Source: Dendrobates tinctorius (lineage: Eukaryota). From it: DNA of 64,000 bases. Below are positions 36,501 through 45,720 of this stretch, one piece after another. A model generated the notes under the pieces. It was not told where the DNA came from and searched no databases. It was given only the letters and a program-made list of their open reading frames with translations. Both the position numbers and the translations under genes were made by a program. The stretch is taken from positions 2,976,001 through 3,040,000 of the forward strand of contig NW_027361804.1 of assembly GCF_039654945.1 (NCBI RefSeq). Reading direction: 5' to 3'. Position 1 is the first letter of the stretch. Each line of letters begins with the position of its first letter.

Positions 36501-39044
36501 ATCTGAGCTTGGTCCTCACGGGCAAAGGCCTCCAGGTCACTAATATTCTGGAATTGTCTTGAGAATGATCCAAAAAGTGAAGAGAAGAGATAAAGAGACA
36601 AGGGGAGCAGATGGGACCGGCTGCACTGGACATGAAGCAAGGCAGGGGCTCGGTGATGTTTACAGTGAAGCACAGCGGGGGCTCGGTGGTGTCTGTGTGT
36701 TTACAGTACAGCACAGCGGGGGCTCGGTGGTGTCTGTGTGTTTACAGTGAAGCACAGCGGGGGCTCGGTGGTGTCTGTGTGTTTACAGTGCAGCACAGCG
36801 GGGGCTCGGTGGTGTCTGTGTGTTTACAGTGAAGCACAGCGGGGGCTCGGTGGTGTCTGTGTGTTTACAGTGAAGCACAGCGGGGGCTCGGTGGTGTTTA
36901 CAGTGAAGCACAGCGGGGGCTCGGTGATGTTTACAGTGAAGCACAGCGGGGGCTCGGTGATGTTTACAGTGAAGCACAGCGGGGGCTCGGTGGTGTCTAA
37001 AGTGCAGCATGGTGTTGGCCACTGCCCATCAAGAATGCCGCCAGAACCTGGAGTATGGCTATGCATCACATCTGAAGCAGGTTATACCAGCCAGAAAGGT
37101 CTACTAAGGACTAAAGATACTGGTCATGTAAAAGTAAATAATCTCCAGAGGGCAGAAGTCGGTAATAAGTGGCATTTTGTGGTGAATTTGGAGAACCTAC
37201 CCGTTGTGTCAGCCACGAGAAGTGGTGAGTTCTCCTTCAATGGAAGTCTTCAAACAGAGGCTGGACAGACATCTGACTGGAATGATTTAGCGAATCCTGC
37301 TTTGAGCAGGGGTTGGACCAGATGGCCCAGGAGGTCCCTTCCAACTCTACGATTCTATGATTCTATGATTTATATTGTTCTTGTTTCGTTGGTTTAGTGT
37401 AAACAGCAGAAAGCTTGTAAACTTCTACAGCAGTAGAAAGACCCTTCCTCTGTTCATGACGGAGGACATCAGTAAGGCCATCCCCTCAGTCTGCATTTCA
37501 TTGACTGGTCGTTCAATGTGTCATCCCCAACAGGACACGTCCTGGACCAGAGCATTAGTCGTCTCATCCAGACCATCTCTATGGTAGTGCCAGCCATGGA
37601 TGACCTGAGACAGATGAAGCTCCTGACGGACGAGCAGTATGACCTTGTGAAGAACAACGGCACCACCCAAGAGCAGATGAGGGAACTTTACCGACATGTC
37701 AAGAGCTGGGGCCACGCTGAAAAAACAACAGTCTACAAATGTCTGAAGAACAGCAATCCACTGGTGGTGACCAACATGGAGAAGAGTCTGCAGTCCATTC
37801 ATAACTGGTCAGATCATAAAGCTCCTATGGCCGATTCCAATCACTCAGTCCGTAGGAAGCAATATGTCCAATCAAGTGTGGACCATAAACTAGGAGCAGA
37901 GATTAAAGAGGAGGTCATAACTGGTTTGGAAGAATGGTTCTTTCATGAGAGAACTCCGAGAGAAGACTGCACTGCAGACAGAGGCCAGCACCTGCATTCA
38001 CAGGAGAAACACAATGTACACCAAGTCCTGGAGGAAATGACTTCCCAAAATGGTCATCTTCATCAAAGAGTTCAGAAACTTCAAGAAGAAATGGGGGCGG
38101 AAAAAGCCAAAGCCGAGGATATCAGCAGGAGAATGAACGTCCTGTTCATAAACAGCAGAAGACAGCTGGATCTCCTGGAGAAACGAATCCTGAGTGAGAT
38201 CTCCAGACAAGAAGAGCAGGCGTCCAAGTCAGTCTCTGATCTGATCCAGAAGCTGAAGGTCAAGAACGAGGAGCTGTGCAGAGATATAGGTCACATCAAG
38301 GAGCTGCGTACCTCCAACGGACCACTGATGGCACTGCAGGAGACGGAATATAACACTAATACAGAGCGAGGAACAGAAAGGAGCCTTTGTGCTGTACGTG
38401 ACCATGATATGGACGTGGGTCTGATCTCCGCAATGTTACACTCCGGTCTATCAGACATGATCACCGGTATAAAGAGAGGAATCTACGCTCAGGAAATTAC
38501 TGACCTACTACTGGACGTAAACACGGCAGAAAACCACGTCCATATATCCGAAGATCTGAAGACTGCAACCTGGTCACAAAGAGACCTGCAGCGTCCGGAA
38601 TCCGAGGAGCGGTTCGACCACTCGCAGGTGCTCAGCAGCACCGGGGTTGCTACAGACCAGGGTTACTGGGAGGTGGAGACCAGCGGCACGGGGGCCTGGA
38701 GGGTAGGCATGAGCTACGCTGGCGTGGCCAGGAAGGGTCGGCAGGGCTCTGTAGGGAACAATGAGCAGTCCTGGGCTCTGTGCCGGTGGATTAACGGCCT
38801 GGAATACGCAGTCATACATAACTGGAAAACCACCCCGATCCCCGACAAGATCTCCTCTCAGAGGTTTGGGATCTACCTGGATTATGGGGCCGGGCGTCTC
38901 TCCTTCTACGAGTTGGGTGACCCTGTCAAACACTTACATACTTTCCTCTCCACCTTCACGGCACCGCTACATGCCGCCATCTACGTATGGGACAGAGAGT
39001 GTGATAAGGGCTGTTGGGTGCGGATCCGGAGCTACGAGAAATGA
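33532..39044 (+). CDS. CARD - coiled-coil - PRY/SPRY (B30.2) protein, TRIM-derived, RING-less; 506 aa, two coding exons
   Basis: Kozak ACCATGG at 33532 encodes MAE-G with a phase-1 donor G|GTGAGA at 33542, matching the phase-1 acceptor CCCCAACAG|GA at 37534, followed by an uninterrupted non-repetitive ORF to TGA 39044. CARD 37534-37787 (HVLDQ..RLIQTIS..MDDL..KLLTDEQYDLV..TTQEQMRELY..SWG..K..VYKCLK..NP). Coiled coil about 38010-38340. B30.2 38496-39035 (LDVNTA, PESEERFD, YWEVE, WRVG, SWAL, GIYLDYGAGRLSFY, HLHTF). Confidence 0.88.
33645..36285. repeat. 40-41-bp CpG-rich minisatellite (CATACAGCCGTACCGTGCCCACCGGGGTCAGATCCCGTCCG)n
   Basis: Direct tandem repetition; the ~900-aa ORFs in all three + frames are translations of it. 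Confidence 0.97.
36647..36997. repeat. 41/31-bp minisatellite (GTTTACAGTGAAGCACAGCGGGGGCTCGGTGGTGTCTGTGT)n
   Basis: Direct tandem repetition. Confidence 0.93.
37212..37369 (+). mobile_element. CR1 LINE 3' fragment
   Basis: GGTCCCTTCCAACTCT followed by a (GATTCTAT)n tail, typical of CR1 3' ends; closely matches the reverse complement of 41806-41960. Confidence 0.9.
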
Positions 39045-39537
39045 GGGAAGATGTGAGCAGAGAACTTCCATCTAGAGCCGGTGATCCCCAGGTGTCCAGA
39101 GCGGTGGCCACTGGTATACGTATATACCCGGGCCCTGGAGACACCGGCGTCACTCCCTGAACTTCTGCCAGACCAGGGAGCACTGATGCAGATGGCAAAG
39201 TGGGCACCGGGCGGAGCAGACACTCGTCCTACAGTCACAGCACCCGCCGATACCTCTGCACACAGGAGCGAAAGGCACCCATATCTAGTGTCCGGCCAAC
39301 AGGGGGCGCATCACGGCCTGTAGAGAGGGGCAGAGCGGTGACTAAGAGGGAGAGAAACTCATTCACAAACATGTCCGGCTCAGTGCACACCTTTATGAGT
39401 GATACTCATCAGTAACACCCCTGAAGAGAGAAGCCGAAGAGCAGGTGGACCAAAGTAAGCACCAAGGGACAAACAAGGCCCAGGACAGCACAAAGGGCCA
39501 AGATCGAACGCTGACATAATGTTCTGTCTGATTGTAC

Positions 39538-39543
39538 ATTAAA
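39538..39543 (+). terminator. Candidate polyadenylation signal of the CARD-SPRY gene
   Basis: ATTAAA about 0.5 kb after the stop, just before the 57-bp array. Confidence 0.4.
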
Positions 39544-40412
39544 CACATCATACAAAGGTCACATCTGTGTCCTGACCGTAATCTACACAAGACCAGGGAA
39601 AGCGGCAAAAATCAGCCTGCAGCCACCACTAGGGGGAGCTCCCCGTATACAGAGATACATGATAAGATCCTGTCTGCAGCCACCACTAGGGGGAGCTCCC
39701 TGTATACAGAGATACATGATAAGATCCTGTCTGCAGCCACTAGGGGGAGCTCCCGGTATACAGAGATACATGATAAGATCCTGTCTGCAGTCACCACTAG
39801 AGGGAGATCCCTGTATACAGAGATACATGATAAGATCCTGCCTGCAGCCACCACTAGGGGGAGCTCCCTGTATACAGAGATACATGATAAGATCCTGTCT
39901 GCAGACACTAGGGGGAGCTCCTTGTATGCAGAGATATATGATAAGATCCTGTCTGCAGTCACCACTAGAGGGAGATTCCTGTATACAGAGATACATGATA
40001 AGATCCTGTCTGCAGACACTAGGGGGAGATCCCTGTATACAGAGATACATGATAAGATCCTGTCTGCAGTCACCACTAGAGGGAGATTCCTGTATACAGA
40101 GATACATGATAAGATCCTGTCTGCAGACACTAGGGGGAGATCCCTGTATACAGAGATACATGATAAGATCCTGCCTGCAGCCACCACTAGGGGGAGCTCC
40201 CTGTATAGAGATACATGATAAGATCCTGTCTGCAGACACTAGGGGGAGCTCCTTGTATGCAGAGATATATGATAAGATCCTGTTTGCAGCCACCACTAGA
40301 GGGAGCTCCCTGTATACAGAGATACATGATAAGATCCTGTCTGCAGTCACCACTAGAGGGAGATTCCTGTATACAGAGATACATGATAAGATTCTGTCTG
40401 CAGTCACCACTA

Positions 40413-40696
40413 AATAATAATAATAAATAATCTTTATTTTTATATAGCGCTAACATATTCCGCAGCGCTTTACAGTTTGCACACATTTTCATCACTGTCC
40501 TCGATGGGGCTCACAATCTAAATTCCCTATCAGTATGTCTTTGGAGTGTGGGAGGAAACCGGAGTACCAGGAGGAAACCCACGCAAACACGGGGAGAACA
40601 TACAAACTCCTTGCAGATGTTGTCCTTGGTGGGATTCGAACCCAGGACTCCAGCGCTGCAAGGCTGCAGTGCTATCCACTGAGCCACCGTGCTGCT
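40413..40696 (-). mobile_element. tRNA-derived V-SINE, full length
   Basis: On the - strand: A box TGGCTCAGTGG, B box GGTTCGAATCC, V-domain-like GGAGTTTGTATGTTCTCCCCGTGTTTGCGTGGGTTTCCTCC, L2-like 3' end and (TTA)n tail. 7-bp TSD ACCACTA (40406-40412 / 40697-40703). Confidence 0.88.
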
Positions 40697-41805
40697 ACCA
40701 CTAGAGGGAGCTCCCTGTATACAGAGATACATGATAAGATCCTGTCAGCAGTCACCACTAGAGGGAGCTCCTTGTATGCAGAGATACATGATAACATCCT
40801 GTCTGTAGCCACCACTAGGGGGAGCTCCCTGTATACAGAGATACATAAGATCCTGTCTGCAGCCACCACTAGGGGGAGCTCCCTGTATACAGAGATCTGC
40901 AGTCACCACTAGAGGGAGCTCCCTGTATACAAAGATACATGATAAGATCCTGTCTGCAGCCACCACTAGGGGGAGCTCCCTGTATACAGAGATACATGAT
41001 AAGATCCTGTCTGCAGCCACCACTAGGGGGAGCTCCCTGTATAGAGATCTGCAGTCACTAGAGGGAGCTCCCTGTATACAGAGATACATGATAAGATCCT
41101 GCCTGCAGTCACCACTAGGGGGAGCTTCCTGTATACAGATACATAAGGTCCTGTCTGCAGCCACCACTAGGAGGCGCTCCCTGTATACAGAGATACATGA
41201 TAAGATCCTGTTTGTAGCCACCACTAGGGGGAGCTCCCTGTATACAGAGATACATAAGATCCTGTCTGCAGTCACCACTAGGGGGAGCTTCCTGTATACA
41301 GAGATACATAAGATCCTGTCTGCAGTCACCACTAGGGGGAGCTCCCTGTATACAGAGATGCATAAGATCCTGTCTGCAGCCACCACTAGGGGAAGCTCCC
41401 TGTATACAGAGATGCATAAGATCCTGTCTGCAGCCACCACTAGGGGGAGCTCCCTGTATACAGAGATACATGATAAGATCTAGTCTGCAGCCACCACTAG
41501 GGGGAGCTCTCTGTACACAGAGATACATGATAAGATCCTGTCTCCAGTCACCACTAGGGGGAGCTCCCTGTATACAGAGATACATGATAAGATCCTGTCT
41601 GCAGCCACCACTGGGGAGCTCCCTGTATACAGAGATACATGATAAGATCCTGCCTGCAGCCACCACTAGAGGGAGCTCCCTGTATAGAGATACATGATAA
41701 GATCCTGTCTGCAGCCACCACTAGGGGGAGCTCCCTGTATACAGAGATACATGATAAGATCCTGTCTGCAGCCACCACTAGGGGGAACTCCCTGTATACA
41801 GAGAT

Positions 41806-42625
41806 AGAATCATAGAATCGCAGAGTTGGAAGGGACCTCCTGGGCCATCTGGTCCAACCCCCTGCTCAAAGCAGGATTCGCTAAATCATCTCAGTCAGAT
41901 GTCTGTCCAGCCTCTGTTTGAAGACTTCCATTGAAGGAGAACTCACCACTTCTCGTGGCAGCTTGTTCCACTCATTGATCACTCTGTCAAAAAGTTTTTT
42001 CTAATATCTAATCTGTGTCTCCTCCCATTCAGTTTCATCCCATTGCTTCTAGTCTTTCCTTGTGCAAATGAGAATAAAGTTGATCCTTCTACAATGTGAC
42101 AGCCCTTTAGATATTTGTAGACAGCTATTAAGTCTCCTCTCAGTCTTCTCTTTTGCAAACTAAACATTCCCAAATCCTGCAACCTTTCCTCATAAGACAG
42201 GGTTTGCAGACCGGTCACCATTCTGGTCGCTCTTTTCTGAACTTGCTCCAGTTTGTTGATGTCTTTTTTAAAATGTGGCGCCCAAAACTGGACACAATAT
42301 TCCAGATGAGGTCTGACCAAAGAGTAGAGGGAAATAATGACTTCACGTGATCTAGACTGTATGCTTCTATTAATACATCCTAGAATTGCATTTGCCTTTT
42401 TTGCTGCTGCATCACACTGTTGACTCATATTCAGTCTGTGATCTATTAGTATACCCAAGTCTTTTTCACATGTGCTGTCACTTAGCCCTATTCCTCCCAT
42501 TCTGTATATGCTTTTTTCATTTTTATTGCCCAGATGTAGTACTTTGCATTTTTCCCTGTTAAAAACCATTCTGTTAGTTGCTGCCCACTTCTCCAGTTTA
42601 TTTATATCTTTCTGAATCCTCTCTC
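41806..42625 (-). mobile_element. 5'-truncated CR1 LINE, copy 1 (ORF2 C-terminus)
   Basis: ORF 41979-42569 with FNREKCKVLHLG, EKDLG, QQCDAAAKKAN, LVRPHLEYCVQFWAP, LEQVQKRATRM, RRLRGDLI; CR1 tail; apparent AGATA duplication at the junctions. Confidence 0.95.
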
Positions 42626-43520
42626 AGATACATAAGATCCTGTCTGCAGCCACCACTAGGGGGAGCTCCCTGTATACAGAGATACATGATAAGATCCTGT
42701 CTGCAGCCACCACTAGGGGGAGCTTCCTGTATACAGAGATACATGATAAGATCCTGTCTGCAGCCACCACTAGGGGGAACTCCCTGTATACAGAGATACA
42801 TGATAAGATCCTGTCTGCAGCCACCACTAGGGGGAGCTCCCTGTATATAGAGATACGATAAGATCCTGTCTGCAGCCACCACTAGGGGGAGCTCCCTGTA
42901 TACAGAGATACATAAGATCCTGTCTGCAGCCACCACTAGGGGGAGCTCACTGCATACAGAGATACATGATAAGATCCTGTCTGCAGCCACCACTAGGGGG
43001 AGCTTCCTGTATACAGAGATACATAAGATCCTGTCTGCAGTCACCACTAGGGGGAGCTCCCTGTATACAGAGATGCATAAGATCCTGTCTGCAGCCACCA
43101 CTAGGGGAAGCTCCCTGTATACAGAGATGCATAAGATCCTGTCTGCAGCCACCACTAGGGGGAGCTCCCTGTATACAGAGATACATGATAAGATCTAGTC
43201 TGCAGCCACCACTAGGGGGAGCTCTCTGTACACAGAGATACATGATAAGATCCTGTCTCCAGTCACCACTAGGGGGAGCTCCCTGTATACAGAGATACAT
43301 GATAAGATCCTGTCTGCAGCCACCACTGGGGAGCTCCCTGTATACAGAGATACATGATAAGATCCTGCCTGCAGCCACCACTAGAGGGAGCTCCCTGTAT
43401 AGAGATACATGATAAGATCCTGTCTGCAGCCACCACTAGGGGGAGCTCCCTGTATACAGAGATACATGATAAGATCCTGTCTGCAGCCACCACTAGGGGG
43501 AACTCCCTGTATACAGAGAT

Positions 43521-44340
43521 AGAATCATAGAATCGCAGAGTTGGAAGGGACCTCCTGGGCCATCTGGTCCAACCCCCTGCTCAAAGCAGGATTCGCTAAA
43601 TCATCTCAGTCAGATGTCTGTCCAGCCTCTGTTTGAAGACTTCCATTGAAGGAGAACTCACCACTTCTCGTGGCAGCTTGTTCCACTCATTGATCACTCT
43701 GTCAAAAAGTTTTTTCTAATATCTAATCTGTGTCTCCTCCCATTCAGTTTCATCCCATTGCTTCTAGTCTTTCCTTGTGCAAATGAGAATAAAGTTGATC
43801 CTTCTACAATGTGACAGCCCTTTAGATATTTGTAGACAGCTATTAAGTCTCCTCTCAGTCTTCTCTTTTGCAAACTAAACATTCCCAAATCCTGCAACCT
43901 TTCCTCATAAGACAGGGTTTGCAGACCGGTCACCATTCTGGTCGCTCTTTTCTGAACTTGCTCCAGTTTGTTGATGTCTTTTTTAAAATGTGGCGCCCAA
44001 AACTGGACACAATATTCCAGATGAGGTCTGACCAAAGAGTAGAGGGAAATAATGACTTCACGTGATCTAGACTGTATGCTTCTATTAATACATCCTAGAA
44101 TTGCATTTGCCTTTTTTGCTGCTGCATCACACTGTTGACTCATATTCAGTCTGTGATCTATTAGTATACCCAAGTCTTTTTCACATGTGCTGTCACTTAG
44201 CCCTATTCCTCCCATTCTGTATATGCTTTTTTCATTTTTATTGCCCAGATGTAGTACTTTGCATTTTTCCCTGTTAAAAACCATTCTGTTAGTTGCTGCC
44301 CACTTCTCCAGTTTATTTATATCTTTCTGAATCCTCTCTC
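43521..44340 (-). mobile_element. 5'-truncated CR1 LINE, copy 2
   Basis: Identical 196-aa ORF and identical ends, offset 1715 bp from copy 1. Confidence 0.95.
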
Positions 44341-45220
44341 AGATACATAAGATCCTGTCTGCAGCCACCACTAGGGGGAGCTCCCTGTATACAGAGATAC
44401 ATGATAAGATCCTGTCTGCAGCCACCACTAGGGGGAGCTTCCTGTATACAGAGATACATGATAAGATCCTGTCTGCAGCCACCACTAGGGGGAACTCCCT
44501 GTATACAGAGATACATGATAAGATCCTGTCTGCAGCCACCACTAGGGGGAGCTCCCTGTATATAGAGATACGATAAGATCCTGTCTGCAGCCACCACTAG
44601 GGGGAGCTCCCTGTATACAGAGATACATGATAAGATCCTGTCTGCAGCCACCACTAGGGGGAGCTCACTGCATACAGAGATACATGATAAGATCCTGTCT
44701 GCAGCCACCACTAGGGGGAGCTCCCTGTATATAGAGTTACATGATAAGATCCTGTCTGCAGCCACCACTAGGGGGAGCTCCCTGTATACAGAGATACATA
44801 AGATCCTGTCTGCAGCCACCACTAGGGGGAGTACTTGTAGTAGAGTTCTACAGGCAGCTCCCCCTGGTGGAGGATCTGTATCGCTGCACTTTCCCAGGTT
44901 CAGGGGAAGCAGTTTTGGACCCTACAGCTGGATCCCGCTCCGGTCGGTGCAGTATAGGGCTTCGGGATGATGAGGACAGAGGTGGCTCTTGCAGACAGGA
45001 TGTTGTGCTTCCCCAGGACCTACAAGTGGCGCACTCGCTGACTCATCACATGGAGCTACTGTCTGGATTCCCTGATCTCCCCCACAGGGATCAGAGTATA
45101 TACCCTGGAGGTGCGCAAGGGCCAAGCACTATACTGCGAGGGGGGGGGGGGCAGGGGCCGGATGGCGAGTCCTTCTAGAGGAGAAACTGGAAGTCAATGA
45201 GTAAGATGTGGAAAATAGAT

Positions 45221-45654
45221 TTTATTGCACTATAAAGAGATCTACGAGGGGCTCCATTCTCAGCCGAGCCCTGATCGGTGCGGCGCCCCCTACTGGCCCC
45301 AGGGGCGGTAATGGCGCAATCATCGCCCTCTCGGCCGCCTCTGGTAACGGACAAACAGCAGAAAACCATTGTAACTGAGTAACTTCCGGCCGACACTACA
45401 ACTCCCATCATGCTCAGCCCTGCGCTTTGGATATTTGTGCCCCCCACCGCGGAGGACTGAACGACGCCTCTGCCCACATTGGGGTCTCGCCTCCCGCTTG
45501 CTGTACAGCCGGAGACCAGGCTGTCAGATCGCAGCGCGTCACCGAGGTCTGACAACTGGAGAGCCGCTCCGCGGACTGAGCGATGGGTCCGGTTGCCGCT
45601 CACTGACAGGCGGCAGAGCTAGAAAATGACGAAAGATCAATCAGAAAGTTTATT
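45221..45654 (-). terminator. PARP12 candidate polyadenylation signals (45649-45654 and 45221-45226)
   Basis: Two AATAAA hexamers on the - strand downstream of the stop at 45721. Confidence 0.55.
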
Positions 45655-45720
45655 GGAAAGTTTCAGAACTTTTCGTAGTCATGATCAGTGACAGTCGGAC
45701 GCCGGCCCTTCAGTGTCCGC

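Larger units (their letters stand above)
39615..44830. repeat. 57-bp minisatellite with CTCF-like core, right array; interrupted by a SINE and two CR1 copies
   Basis: Same unit as 25596-27220, more heterogeneous (54/57-bp variants). Confidence 0.96.

Noticed and set aside
37518-37533. ORF-track start at 37518 (MSSPT)
   Set aside because: The codon is GTG lying in the splice-acceptor region; the in-phase Kozak ATG exon at 33532 is a better start.
40620-40696. tRNA-like sequence on the - strand
   Set aside because: It is the head of a SINE with body, tail and TSD, not a tRNA gene.
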